NCBI GenBank assembly: GCA_038326985.1
Contig: JBBQKQ010000001.1
Location: forward strand, 5,943-69,942
Length of the DNA: 64,000 bases
From: Minisyncoccia bacterium
GTDB taxonomy: Bacteria; Patescibacteriota; Minisyncoccia; Phycocordibacterales; UBA5272
Reading direction: 5' to 3'
The notes beneath the pieces are model-generated. The model did no database searches. It was not told the origin of the DNA and saw only the letters and a list, made by a program, of their open reading frames with translations. This document shows positions 44,184 through 53,810 of the stretch, one piece after another; positions within the stretch are counted from its first letter, which is position 1, and the number at the start of each line of letters is the position of its first letter. The position numbers and the translations under genes were made by a program.

Positions 44184-44618
44184 ATGCAAAATATAAACTA
44201 CAAATATGTGTCTTTAGCCCTAGCTTTTGTTTTAGTTGTTACTTATTCTTGGCATTGGGATGGAATATTTAATTCTAAATCTCAAATGAGTGGTGACATG
44301 AATATGGCTGGAATGATGCATAAAATGCCTAATGGTGAAATGATGATGAATGATGGTAGCATGATGAAAAAAGATATGGGAATGGACAGTATGATGATGG
44401 ATATGTTGGCAGGCATGAAAGGTAAAACTGGAAAAGATTTAGAAAAAGTATTCTTGCAAGAAATGATAGTGCATCACCAAGGTGCAGTAGATATGGCAGC
44501 AGAATTACTAAAAGATAAGACAGTTACAAACCCAGAGCTTGTAAAATTTGCACAAAGCATAATTACAAACCAAAATAGAGAAATCGAATTGCAAAAAACT
44601 TGGCTAAAAGCTTACTAA
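44184..44618 (+). CDS. DUF305 protein with an N-terminal Met-rich (Cu(I)-binding-like) tract
   Basis: 144 aa with a signal/TM segment. MSGDMNMAGMMHKMPNGEMMMNDGSMMKKDMGMDSMMMDM, then the DUF305 motif FLQEMIVHHQGAVDMA. Confidence 0.8.
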   Translation: MQNINYKYVSLALAFVLVVTYSWHWDGIFNSKSQMSGDMNMAGMMHKMPNGEMMMNDGSMMKKDMGMDSMMMDMLAGMKGKTGKDLEKVFLQEMIVHHQGAVDMAAELLKDKTVTNPELVKFAQSIITNQNREIELQKTWLKAY

Positions 44619-44625
44619 TATAATA

Positions 44626-44674
44626 AAAGCAAAAAAAGATAAGATTTCGTAAGAATCTTATCTTTTTTTGCTTT
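44626..44674. terminator. long bidirectional hairpin terminator
   Basis: 21-bp inverted repeat AAAGCAAAAAAAGATAAGATT / AATCTTATCTTTTTTTGCTTT between convergent genes. Confidence 0.75.
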
Positions 44675-44690
44675 TCTAAATAACTACCTT

Positions 44691-44963
44691 TTAATTTATA
44701 AACTTAACTCCCTCTTTCTTTAAAATATCAATTTTACTTTTACCGCGAATTTGGTTATATCCACCAATTTTACCATCACTTCTTACAACCCTATGACATG
44801 GAATATTTTTATCACAGTTTCGTGACATTATCATGCCTACTGCTCTTGCTGCTTGCATTTTTCCTGCCCTTTCCCCAACTTGTTTATAAGTTAAAACTGA
44901 ACCAGAATTAATTTTAGAAACAATTTCCAATACTTTTTCTTTAAAGGTTTTTTGGATTAACAT
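44691..44963 (-). CDS. ogt: methylated-DNA-protein-cysteine methyltransferase, DNA-binding/catalytic domain only
   Basis: 90 aa. The active-site IPCHRVV is present. Confidence 0.88.
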   Translation of the reverse strand: MLIQKTFKEKVLEIVSKINSGSVLTYKQVGERAGKMQAARAVGMIMSRNCDKNIPCHRVVRSDGKIGGYNQIRGKSKIDILKKEGVKFIN

Positions 44964-44968
44964 AAATA

Positions 44969-45433
44969 TTATTTTATTTCGTTTAAAACTTCTTGTGCAT
45001 GTTCTTTAGTATTTACTTTTCCGTATACTTTTTCTACTCTACCTTTTTCGTTTATAAGGTACGATATACGAGTAATACCCATGTACTTTTTTCCATACAT
45101 ACTTTTTTCTTGCCAAGCACCATACTTTTCAATTATTTCTCCAGCTTCGTCAGACAATAGATGAAAATTTAGATTATATTTCTCTGCAAATTTTTTGTGA
45201 CTTTTTACTGAGTCTTTGGATATTCCTATTATTTCTACACCTTGATCTTGTAGCTCATATCGGAAATCTCGAAATCCACAGGCTTCAGTAGTACAACCTG
45301 GAGTATCGTCTTTTGGGTAAAAATATAACAAGACTTTTTTGCCTTTATTTCCCAGAAACATTTTAAGAGCTATTATCTTTCCATCTTGGTCGGGGAGAGA
45401 AAACTCCGGTGCTTTATCTTTTTCTTTTAACAT
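44969..45433 (-). CDS. bcp: peroxiredoxin Bcp
   Basis: 154 aa. FYPKDDTPGCTTEAC. Confidence 0.93.
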   Translation of the reverse strand: MLKEKDKAPEFSLPDQDGKIIALKMFLGNKGKKVLLYFYPKDDTPGCTTEACGFRDFRYELQDQGVEIIGISKDSVKSHKKFAEKYNLNFHLLSDEAGEIIEKYGAWQEKSMYGKKYMGITRISYLINEKGRVEKVYGKVNTKEHAQEVLNEIK

Positions 45434-46135
45434 TTATATTGAATGAGCGGACATTTGTCTATACAGGTAAGCATAAGAGATACCAGCTACCCCTGAAAAA
45501 ATAAATAATGCAGGAATTATTCCTATTATTAAACAAATTATTCCTGCTGCAAAAGCACCTACAGCCAAAAGAATCATTGTTATATTATATTTTAGAATAC
45601 CCCATTTAATACCTTCAGTAATTTTTGTACTTTCTGCAAAAGCCTCGCCTAAGCTAAGATTTTTATCTAAAGATAATATTGGTGCAAAAGAAAATCTTAT
45701 TGCCAAATATATTCCAGGGATAATAAATAATATAAGTCCTAAAACCACTAAAAACCCATAAACAAAATATACAAGAGTATAGCGAACCATACCTTTAGTA
45801 GGTTTTTCAAATATATCTCCTACTACAAAATGTTTATGATCAACTATCTTTAAGTAAATTTTTTGTAAAGTTGCGCCAAACCAAAGTCCCACCAGGATAC
45901 TAAATATTGAAAGTAAATTTGTTAAAATTGCAATTGGGAGGGGCTCAGAATCATAAGTAAACATTCTTAAAGTTTCGTCCCAAACTCGATAAGGGTATTG
46001 TAATACATAAATAATCCCTTCAAACAACAATGACGCTCCAAAAGTAATAGCTAAAATTAATATTAATTTTTTCCAGTTATTTTTAAAAAGTACCCACGAA
46101 TGACCAATAATTTGGTCTATATTAATTTTTTTCAT
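45434..46135 (-). CDS. integral membrane protein (DUF975-like)
   Basis: 233 aa, about 6 TM helices. The family assignment is tentative. Confidence 0.45.
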   Translation of the reverse strand: MKKINIDQIIGHSWVLFKNNWKKLILILAITFGASLLFEGIIYVLQYPYRVWDETLRMFTYDSEPLPIAILTNLLSIFSILVGLWFGATLQKIYLKIVDHKHFVVGDIFEKPTKGMVRYTLVYFVYGFLVVLGLILFIIPGIYLAIRFSFAPILSLDKNLSLGEAFAESTKITEGIKWGILKYNITMILLAVGAFAAGIICLIIGIIPALFIFSGVAGISYAYLYRQMSAHSI

Positions 46136-46164
46136 AATTTAATGATACATAAATTATAGCACAC

Positions 46165-47772
46165 CTATTTTTTATTTGCGCAGGCCATGATAAATTCCAA
46201 AAACATGGGATGTGGCTGCCAAGGGCGACTCAGAAACTCTGGGTGACTTTGAGTGGCAAAAAAGAATGGATGTTTAGGGTCTACCGCTTCCACCAGCTCA
46301 ACAAGTTTATTGTCTAAAGAAGTACCTGAAACTTTTACCCCTCCTTTATTAAAATAATCCTCAAATTTTCTATTAACCTCAAACCTATGTCTATGCCTCT
46401 CTTGCACCTCTAACTTTTTAAAAGTCTTATGCGCCAAGGTATTTGGAGTGATTTTGCAGCTGAAGGTCCCGAGTCGCATACTCCCACCAGTACCAACTTT
46501 GCCTACTTGGTCAGGCATAATATAAATTGTATTTTCTAAGGTTTTAGAAAATTCCTCACTGTTAGCATTGTTTAGTCCTCCCAGTCGAGATGCCCCCATG
46601 ACAGCCACCTGTAATCCTAAACATAATCCTAAATATGGTATTTTATTTTCCAATGCATATTGGGCAGACGATATCTTCCCTTCTATTCCCCTTTCACCAA
46701 AGCCACCAGGTACTAGTACTCCATCATATTTTTCTAAAATACTTTTGCTGTTTTTAGTATTTATCTTTTCAGCATCTACCCATTCGTAGTTCATTTCTAT
46801 TCCTGCGTGCCAGCTAGCTATTTTCAAACTCTCTATTACAGAATAATATGAGTCGGCATTGTCCAGATACTTCGCAACTATCCCAATCAAAACTTTTTTA
46901 TTGTTTTTCTTAGTTGCCAAATCTAAAACTTTCTTCCAGTTAGAAATATTTATCTTTTGTTTAAATTTAAATTTATCTAAAATTATTTTTCCAACTTTTT
47001 TTTCATACAAAGTAATTGGTACACGGTAAATAGTATCTGCATTTGGAAGGACTATTATTTGTTCTTCCGGCACCCCAACAAATGGTGCAACTTTTTTTTC
47101 AATATAATTATTTTTGGGAGTTTCCTCACAGCGGGCCATTATAAAATCGGGAACAATTCCGTATTCACGAAGGTCTCGTACAGAGTTTTGCAGAGGTTTA
47201 GTTTTGAACTCTTGAGAAACTTTTAAAAATGGAACATATGCTACATGTACAAACACACAATTTTCTCTACCTACTCTGGACGATAATTCTCGCACTGCTT
47301 CAATAAAGGATAGGGCTTCGTAGTCTCCTACTGTCCCCCCAAGCTCCATAATATGGACGTCACTATTTTTACTAGCTTCTAAAATTTTTTCTTGGATAAG
47401 GTTTGTAAGATGAGGGACTAGTTGCACATTTTTACCTAAATATTTTCCATCTCTTTCTCTTTGCAATAGCTCTTGCATGAGAGCACCCGAAAGGAGCACA
47501 CAGTTTTTATCTAAGTCACGACCTATAAATCTTTCATAGTGACCAAGATCGAGGTCGGTTTCTTTTCCGTCAGCTGTTACAAAACATTCTCCATGCTCAG
47601 CCGGAGAAAGTGTACCCGAGTCAACATTTAGATATGGCTCTAATTTTTGAACTGTTACTTTTAAATCTGCGCAATTTAAAAGGGCGCCTATAGACGCCGC
47701 TGTTATCCCCTTTCCTATACCTGAAAGCACACCTCCAGTCACAATTACATATTTTGAACTACTCTTCTTCAT
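46165..47772 (-). CDS. pyrG: CTP synthase
   Basis: 535 aa. KYVIVTGGVLSGIGKGI N-terminus and GATase Cys GLCLGLQ. Full length. Confidence 0.97.
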   Translation of the reverse strand: MKKSSSKYVIVTGGVLSGIGKGITAASIGALLNCADLKVTVQKLEPYLNVDSGTLSPAEHGECFVTADGKETDLDLGHYERFIGRDLDKNCVLLSGALMQELLQRERDGKYLGKNVQLVPHLTNLIQEKILEASKNSDVHIMELGGTVGDYEALSFIEAVRELSSRVGRENCVFVHVAYVPFLKVSQEFKTKPLQNSVRDLREYGIVPDFIMARCEETPKNNYIEKKVAPFVGVPEEQIIVLPNADTIYRVPITLYEKKVGKIILDKFKFKQKINISNWKKVLDLATKKNNKKVLIGIVAKYLDNADSYYSVIESLKIASWHAGIEMNYEWVDAEKINTKNSKSILEKYDGVLVPGGFGERGIEGKISSAQYALENKIPYLGLCLGLQVAVMGASRLGGLNNANSEEFSKTLENTIYIMPDQVGKVGTGGSMRLGTFSCKITPNTLAHKTFKKLEVQERHRHRFEVNRKFEDYFNKGGVKVSGTSLDNKLVELVEAVDPKHPFFFATQSHPEFLSRPWQPHPMFLEFIMACANKK

Positions 47773-47814
47773 ATGTTTGATTAGTATATCTCAAATATGC
47801 TAGAATGCAAATAG

Positions 47815-48357
47815 ATGGAAGAAAAAAAGCCAGTACAAACCAAAATTATATTTTTTTTGAAAAAATTCATAATTTTAGTTTTAATATTTCTAGCACTAAC
47901 TATTGGCTACGCGGCTGGTCGTGGTTTTAAAACTTATGAAGTAAATTTGTTAGAGAAAAATAAGTTGCCTGTAGTAAAAAAGGTTTCAGTTGTAAATCTT
48001 CAAACACTTCAAAAAAAGACAATCCCTGTTATGTCAGGCTGGAGAGACCCAAAAGTAGAAGTTGTTTCTACTCCGGATTCTCTAGGTGGTGCTACATTAA
48101 ATTTAAAACTAACTTCCTTTTTCTTTTCACCGAACGATTTTGGTAATCCACCAAAACCAAATACTGGCAATGCCTACGCTCTAGTAAACAATGTTTTAGT
48201 TGGTAGAGCGTTTAATAACTATTTTTCTATTGCCCCATCAACACTAGAAACTGGTATAAATATTATTAAAGTAGTATTGGCAGCTAATGACGGAAGCTTG
48301 TGGATCGCACGTTCTACTGGAAAAGAAATTAGCGCAACTATAGAGATTTTGAAATAG
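47815..48357 (+). CDS. hypothetical membrane-anchored protein
   Basis: 180 aa, one N-terminal TM helix, beta-rich ectodomain. TGCTAGAAT lies 8 nt upstream of the ATG. Confidence 0.35.
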   Translation: MEEKKPVQTKIIFFLKKFIILVLIFLALTIGYAAGRGFKTYEVNLLEKNKLPVVKKVSVVNLQTLQKKTIPVMSGWRDPKVEVVSTPDSLGGATLNLKLTSFFFSPNDFGNPPKPNTGNAYALVNNVLVGRAFNNYFSIAPSTLETGINIIKVVLAANDGSLWIARSTGKEISATIEILK

Positions 48358-48401
48358 AGTATTTCATGTTATAATTGCAAAATAATCCACAAAACGATTA
48401 T

Positions 48402-48489
48402 GGAAGCTTGGCCGAGTGGTTTAAGGCAACAGTCTTGAAAACTGTCGTAGGGCAACTTACCGTGAGTTCGAATCTCACAGCTTCCGCCA
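48402..48489 (+). tRNA. tRNA-Ser (UGA), CCA encoded
   Basis: Acceptor GGAAGCU/AGCUUCC, anticodon loop CUUGAAA, long variable arm, T arm GUGAG-UUCGAAU-CUCAC, then GCCA. A TGTTATAAT box lies at 48367-48375. Confidence 0.93.
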
Positions 48490-48493
48490 AAAT

Positions 48494-48530
48494 ACAGAAC
48501 CAGAAGCTTCGCTTCTGGTTCTGTTTATTT
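48494..48530 (+). terminator. intrinsic terminator after tRNA-Ser
   Basis: 13-bp stem ACAGAACCAGAAG / CTTCTGGTTCTGT followed by TTATTT. Confidence 0.8.
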
Positions 48531-48601
48531 TATAAGGAACAAGATAGTTGGAACTCTGTGGTACCAGCGGTCAATATATTCTAGACACTCATTACCCTGA
48601 C

Positions 48602-51070
48602 TTATCTGACAACATGCTTTAATCTCTTAAGCTTTCGCATATCTTGATTGGTAATGTGTTTATGAGTCTCTTTGATTATCACATCTACAATGAGTATGGT
48701 AAGCGCAAAGATAATCATGAGAATTATGAGCGGTATTGTAATTGGCTGGGTATGGAGGAATCTATTACCAAGAGGGGAGAATATGCTACCAAGTAAGATA
48801 ATTGTTTCAATAATAACAGCACCAATAACGAATTTATTTGTGAAGAGTGAAAACATAAAGACATGGTCATAATTCTTTCGTGTGTTAAATGCGTTAAACC
48901 AAATAAATGCTGAGATGAGGAGCATGCATGCAGTTCTAGCTACTCCCACTTCAAGCATATAGACGATAGTGAAGAGATAGAATCCAAAAATAGTTGCAGC
49001 GCCGATGAATGTTCCTAGTATAAGGATACGTATGAGGTCGTAGAAGTTAATAAGGAATCCATGGTAGCGTTTAAAGTTATAGCGTCTGTAGATACTTTCT
49101 GGTTCCTCTGTTGCGATAGAAACATCAAGCAGTCCTGTTGTTACAAAATTGAGCCAAAGAATTTGTATTGCAAGAAACGGTAGTGCTATACCAAGGAGGA
49201 GTGACCCAAGAATTGCGACAACAATACCAACGGAGGATGTCATGAGAAATACTATTGTCTTTCTAATATTTTCAGAAATTGTTCTCGCTTCAAAGATGGC
49301 TAGGACGATATCAGAAAAGTCATCATTAAGGAGAACTAAATCAGAAGCTTCTCTAGCAACTTCAGTACCTGATTTACCCATTGAGATGCCGATGTTTGCA
49401 AGTGACAGTGCTGGGCCATCATTAACTCCATCACCTGTCATAGCAACAACTTCTCCCTTTTCTTGTAATAACTTAACGATACGTTCTTTGTGGATTGGGT
49501 TGGCTCGCGCAAGTACTTTGATGGTGATAAGTTTTTCTTTAAGATCTTTGTCACTCATCGCATCTAACATGTCTCCTGTGAGTGAGGTCTCTCCATCGTG
49601 TGCAAGGATGCCGACTTTTCTTGCAACATGCTCTGCTGTAAGGATGTTATCTCCAGTAATCATAAGAATTTTAATTCCTGCTTGTTTACATTCAGTGATT
49701 GATTGTGCAACTTCTTCACGAATCTTGTCTTCAAAAACAATAAGTCCAAGAGGAGTGATTTCACTTGTTGTAAATTCTTCTGAAGATGATAGTTTTTTAT
49801 ATCCAACACCTAGAACTCTAAAGCCTTCTTTAACGTAAGGAGTAATGATATCAGAGGAAATACCGAGCGCTTCAGGTGCCCCTTTAAAGATTTGGAGGTG
49901 TGTTCCGTCAACGATGTACTCCTTTGCGTTGTATTTCGTTTCGCTTGTAAATGGTAACTCTTTAGTTTCTTGGAATGTAAATGAGTCGTTCAAATGTTTT
50001 TCAATAGTGAGGTCAAGTACATCCCCAACTTTTTCTCCGTTGATGTCTTTGATGTCGATACTATGATACATATAGGAATTAAACTGTGTCTCTGAAAGGT
50101 TGGTGGTATTGATGTTTACGACTTCTTTTACTGTTAAATTACCATGTGTGATCGTCCCCGTTTTATCGGTACAGATAAACGAAACTGAGGCGAGGGTAGA
50201 ACCTGAAGGGAGATTGCGAAGCATGGCTTTTGCTCGACTGATGTGAAGCGCTCCAAGTGACAACACGACAGTAAGTACAATTGGAAGCCCTTCAGGAATA
50301 GTTGCAACACCAAGAGCAACTGTAGTCTTTAACGCGGTTATAAGTTGAATTCCACTTTTTAATGAGAACAACATAAAAGCAACAAGTGCTATTCCAAGAG
50401 CAATGAGTAAATATAATGAAAAGGAAGATAGTTTTTTCTCAAGCTCAGTTTTTTTATCAGCATTGTTTGCGATATCTTTAGCAATTGACCCTACAAATGT
50501 ATCTTTCCCAATTTTCTTAACGAGCATAAATGCATTACCAGAGATAACAACGCTCCCACGGTAGAGCTTATCTTTGAGCGCTTTATTGACTGGGAGCGAT
50601 TCGCCGGTGATCTGACTTTCATTGACCGCTACCATGTGTGACTCAAGGATTTCACCGTCTGCAGGGATAAGATCTCCAGACTCGAGGTAGACAATGTCAT
50701 CAATAGTTACTTCATCAGTTTTTACGGTGTGGAGAATTTTTTCTCGTAGAACACGTGATTTTGTATGAGACAGTTTTTTGAGTGCTTTAATCGCATTGTT
50801 TGCTTTGTATTCTTGTAATGTACCAACAACGGCATTAATGACAAGAATTATAAGAATAACAAATGCGTCAGTCCTTTCCCCTGTCAAAAAAGAGATAAAT
50901 GCTACCCCAAGCAGAATATAGATGAACGGACTTAGGAATTGCTTAATAAAAAGGAGGATGGGATGATTCTTGTTATTGTCTGGAAGTGCGTTCGGTCCGT
51001 AACGCTCTAAATGTTCTTGGGCTCTTTGTTGACTAATACCAGTAAGATTATTTGAAATATACATTATCAA
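48602..51070 (-). CDS. P-type cation-transporting ATPase (type II, Ca2+/PacL-like)
   Basis: 822 aa. ITGESLP, ICTDKTGTITHG, IPEGLP, MITGDN, TGDGVNDGPAL, 10 TM helices. Visibly more G+C-rich than the flanks. Confidence 0.92.
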   Translation of the reverse strand: MIMYISNNLTGISQQRAQEHLERYGPNALPDNNKNHPILLFIKQFLSPFIYILLGVAFISFLTGERTDAFVILIILVINAVVGTLQEYKANNAIKALKKLSHTKSRVLREKILHTVKTDEVTIDDIVYLESGDLIPADGEILESHMVAVNESQITGESLPVNKALKDKLYRGSVVISGNAFMLVKKIGKDTFVGSIAKDIANNADKKTELEKKLSSFSLYLLIALGIALVAFMLFSLKSGIQLITALKTTVALGVATIPEGLPIVLTVVLSLGALHISRAKAMLRNLPSGSTLASVSFICTDKTGTITHGNLTVKEVVNINTTNLSETQFNSYMYHSIDIKDINGEKVGDVLDLTIEKHLNDSFTFQETKELPFTSETKYNAKEYIVDGTHLQIFKGAPEALGISSDIITPYVKEGFRVLGVGYKKLSSSEEFTTSEITPLGLIVFEDKIREEVAQSITECKQAGIKILMITGDNILTAEHVARKVGILAHDGETSLTGDMLDAMSDKDLKEKLITIKVLARANPIHKERIVKLLQEKGEVVAMTGDGVNDGPALSLANIGISMGKSGTEVAREASDLVLLNDDFSDIVLAIFEARTISENIRKTIVFLMTSSVGIVVAILGSLLLGIALPFLAIQILWLNFVTTGLLDVSIATEEPESIYRRYNFKRYHGFLINFYDLIRILILGTFIGAATIFGFYLFTIVYMLEVGVARTACMLLISAFIWFNAFNTRKNYDHVFMFSLFTNKFVIGAVIIETIILLGSIFSPLGNRFLHTQPITIPLIILMIIFALTILIVDVIIKETHKHITNQDMRKLKRLKHVVR

Positions 51071-51225
51071 ATTTTATCATGATATTTATAATTCTCGTCA
51101 CTGTATTCTGGGGCATGTACCATGGTTGTAGCTATTTTTTCCAGTGAGGCGCAAAACCAATCATGCGTATTATGGAGCCAACATATTCAGATGAGATTTG
51201 CGAAAAATGCATTATTTAAAATGAG

Positions 51226-52073
51226 ATGTACGACGTGATGAGTAATAACAATATGGGGGTGCTTAACCAAAAAGGGCTGATAGTTATCGCAGGAAAAGAT
51301 CTACTTATCACGGTAGCACTCTTTATGATGTTAGTGATAGTCCTCGTGTTTATTGTGTTGGTTAAATTTGCGTGGAGGTATAGAGAATGGAACACAAAGG
51401 CACACCATGCTCCAAACTGGCACAACAATGTAGCTCTAGAAGTAATATGGTTGTGCATACCATCTGTTATTGTTGTGATATTGGCAGTTATAACATGGAA
51501 GAGTACTCATGATCTTGACCCATACAAACCAATAGTCTCAAACTTAACACCAGTTATGGTGCAAGTGGTGACTCTTGATTGGAAGCGAGTATTCATCTAT
51601 CTAGAGGAAGGTGTCGCAACAGTTAATTTTGTTCAATTCCCAAAAAAAAGACCTGTAGACTTTATTATTACCTCAGATGCTCCGATGAATGGGTATTGGA
51701 TACCACAGCTTGAGGTCAAGTCTATGCGATGGTTGGTATGAGTGCCTAACTGTATCTGCAATCTCACGAGACGGTTGACTACAAAGGACTTTCTTCAAAT
51801 TTTAGCGGGAATGGTTTTTCTGGCATGAAGTTTACAGCTCAAGTATCGTCACAAGAGGATTATGATGTGTGGGTTCAAACAGTTCGATCATCGCAGTATG
51901 CTCTTTTGATAAATGAATATAATGAACTGCGTAAGCCTTCCAAAGATGCTCCGATACAATAATATGTATCTATCGTTGATGGCTTGTATACTTCAATTAT
52001 CATGAAGTTTATGAAACCTGCTGATCATACTGGTTCTTGTCCTGAAGGAGGTAGATATATAGTGAACCACTAG
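51226..52073 (+). pseudogene. cyoA: decayed cytochrome o/ubiquinol oxidase subunit II (cyoA) fragment
   Basis: ORF 51226..51741 aligns with CyoA (KFAWRYREWNTKAHHAPNWHNN..EVIW...ITWKSTH...VTLDWKRVFIYLEEGVATVN...ITSDAPMNGYWIPQL). Homology continues in another frame (YAMVGMSA*LYLQSHETVDYKGLSSNFSGNGFSGMKFTAQ...DGLYTSIIMKFM). That implies one frameshift near 51720 and in-frame TAA codons at 51747-49 and 51960-62. The lipoprotein signal is missing and no cyoB follows. Confidence 0.75.
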
Positions 52074-52250
52074 TACTGGTGGTATAAGTTCAGTGTAGGC
52101 CATATGTCATGCTATATACCTTTTTACAGACAAATTCAAATCCTTTTTATAGTGTCTATTCTGTCTGTTGAGACCCGACTCACTTACCTCAAATTGAGTA
52201 GTAGAAAGACGCTAAATATCCTTATGGTGGTTGTACCTACAGGTACCTAA

Positions 52251-52269
52251 CTCACATGTACCGCAAATG
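52251..52269 (+). repeat. degenerate copy (copy 0) of the cassette-end motif
   Basis: ctcacatgtaccgcaaatg compares with cccacgtcttccgcaaatg at copy 2. It is followed by the same ACCCTTAnnAAATAAGGGT hairpin as copy 1. Confidence 0.5.
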
Positions 52270-52284
52270 TTTTTTATTAAAAAT

Positions 52285-52310
52285 ACCCTTACAAAATAAG
52301 GGTTAATATT
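52285..52310 (+). terminator. hairpin (ACCCTTA-CAAAA-TAAGGGT) after motif copy 0
   Basis: 7-bp stem, nearly identical to the hairpin at 53783. Weak T tract. Confidence 0.4.
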
Positions 52311-52438
52311 TTAACTTCAACGAACTTTTCGTAAAAATATTCTTTTTATAAATTCTCTTTTATATTTATAAACTATGGTATAAATAATAAAATAGTATAA
52401 ATTGTGTTATAATTTTTGATGTAAAAACAATCAAAAAT

Positions 52439-52969
52439 ATGCAACCCTCAATCCCAACAGGCGCACCCTCACAAGAAATAAAAAAAGAAGGTTTTGAAAT
52501 TGTTTCTGGCAACCCAGAACTTGTAGAACTTACGCGAGTGCTTTTTGATAAAATGATAAAGCCACTTTATGGCGACCAAACTGTGGCAATGGATAGAATT
52601 GAAAGAGGTGAAGACAGGACTACGCAAATACTTTTTTCAGAGGAAAAAGATGTTGGTATTTTAGTGATTAAAAATAAGCCAAATGGTGAGTTTGCAAGTG
52701 AAGGTGCAGACAATGCGATTGAAATTAAGACACTATTCGTAATTGACCCAGACAATCGCCCAAGACAAGGAACAGGCACAAAGTTAATTTCCCAAGCCAT
52801 AGACCACGCTACAAATGCAGGGGCGGATAATTTAGCAGTTACAGTTTCGGCGACCAAAACAGAAAGTTTGGCATTTTTCCAAAAGCATGGATTTGAAATT
52901 AAAAAAGAAATGCCTGATAAATATGTGCAAGGAGTGACAGAGTTTTTGCTAATTAAGAAATTAAAATAA
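52439..52969 (+). CDS. GNAT-family N-acetyltransferase
   Basis: 176 aa. The acetyl-CoA motif RPRQGTGTKLI is followed by ...SLAFFQKHGFE. TGTTATAAT lies at 52405-52413. Confidence 0.8.
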   Translation: MQPSIPTGAPSQEIKKEGFEIVSGNPELVELTRVLFDKMIKPLYGDQTVAMDRIERGEDRTTQILFSEEKDVGILVIKNKPNGEFASEGADNAIEIKTLFVIDPDNRPRQGTGTKLISQAIDHATNAGADNLAVTVSATKTESLAFFQKHGFEIKKEMPDKYVQGVTEFLLIKKLK

Positions 52970-52970
52970 T

Positions 52971-53294
52971 ATGCAAAATACTCTAAATATAAATGTTCAA
53001 GAACCATACTTTTCTTTTATTAAAGACGGGCAAAAAACAGTAGAGGGGCGACTAGCAAAAGAAAAGTTTACTTCACTTAAAGTCGGAGATTTTTTAATGA
53101 TAAATGAAGAAGTAAAAAAAGAAATTGTGGGAGTGTATATTTACCCAACATTTAGCGATATGATAATTATGGAAGGTGTAAAAAATGTTATCCCTGATGC
53201 AAAAGACCTAGACGAAGCAGTGGGTGCATACTATAAGTTTTTCACACCAGAAGACGAACAAAGTTTAGGTGTTTGTGCTATAAAAATAAAATAG
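52971..53294 (+). CDS. ASCH (PUA-like) domain protein 1
   Basis: 107 aa. EPYFSFIKDGQKTVEGRL...LKVGDFL. The start lies 1 nt after the GNAT stop. Confidence 0.8.
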   Translation: MQNTLNINVQEPYFSFIKDGQKTVEGRLAKEKFTSLKVGDFLMINEEVKKEIVGVYIYPTFSDMIIMEGVKNVIPDAKDLDEAVGAYYKFFTPEDEQSLGVCAIKIK

Positions 53295-53306
53295 CAGACA
53301 AAATAT

Positions 53307-53717
53307 ATGAACCAAAAAACACCTCCAAGTGGACGACCTACAAATCAAAACGAAAATAAAGCAACTTATGAATTTACTTTGCAAAAAAAGTATTTAGATT
53401 TTATTAAAGATGGTTCCAAAACTGTGGAAGGTCGAATTGGGTCAGGTGCATTTAGAAATATGAAAGTTGGGGAAACTATAAAGTTCTTTGACCCTAAGAA
53501 TCCCAATAACTTTGTGATTGTAGAAGTGACACAGAATAATCATTACAAAACATTTAGAGATATGCTTGTGGGTGAAGGTGTAGATAAAATGTTGCCTGAT
53601 ACTAAAACAGTGGACGAGGGTGTAAAAATCTACGAGAGAATACCAAATTATTTAGAGAGGTGTAAAAAGAGTGGATGTGTGGGGATTGGAGTAAAAGTAC
53701 TTGCTAAATCTAATTAA
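53307..53717 (+). CDS. ASCH (PUA-like) domain protein 2 (paralogue with an N-terminal extension)
   Basis: 136 aa. KKYLDFIKDGSKTVEGRI...MKVGETI. Collinear with ASCH 1 (YKTFRDMLVGEGVDKMLPD versus YPTFSDMIIMEGVKNVIPD). Confidence 0.8.
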   Translation: MNQKTPPSGRPTNQNENKATYEFTLQKKYLDFIKDGSKTVEGRIGSGAFRNMKVGETIKFFDPKNPNNFVIVEVTQNNHYKTFRDMLVGEGVDKMLPDTKTVDEGVKIYERIPNYLERCKKSGCVGIGVKVLAKSN

Positions 53718-53742
53718 AACCGGACTGCTTCCTCTAGGATTG

Positions 53743-53774
53743 CCTGCCGAACATTGTCCCACGTCTTCCGCAAA
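53743..53774 (+). repeat. cassette-end motif, copy 1
   Basis: cctgccgaacattgtcccacgtcttccgcaaa, 25 nt after the ASCH-2 stop. Confidence 0.85.
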
Positions 53775-53782
53775 AAAATATT

Positions 53783-53810
53783 ACCCTTAGAAAATAAGGG
53801 TTTTTATTTT
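53783..53810 (+). terminator. intrinsic terminator after motif copy 1
   Basis: ACCCTTA-GAAAA-TAAGGGT followed by TTTTTATTTT. Confidence 0.7.

Noticed and set aside
48375-48584. Track ORF 48375..48584 (+)
   Set aside because: It is entirely explained by tRNA-Ser and its terminator.
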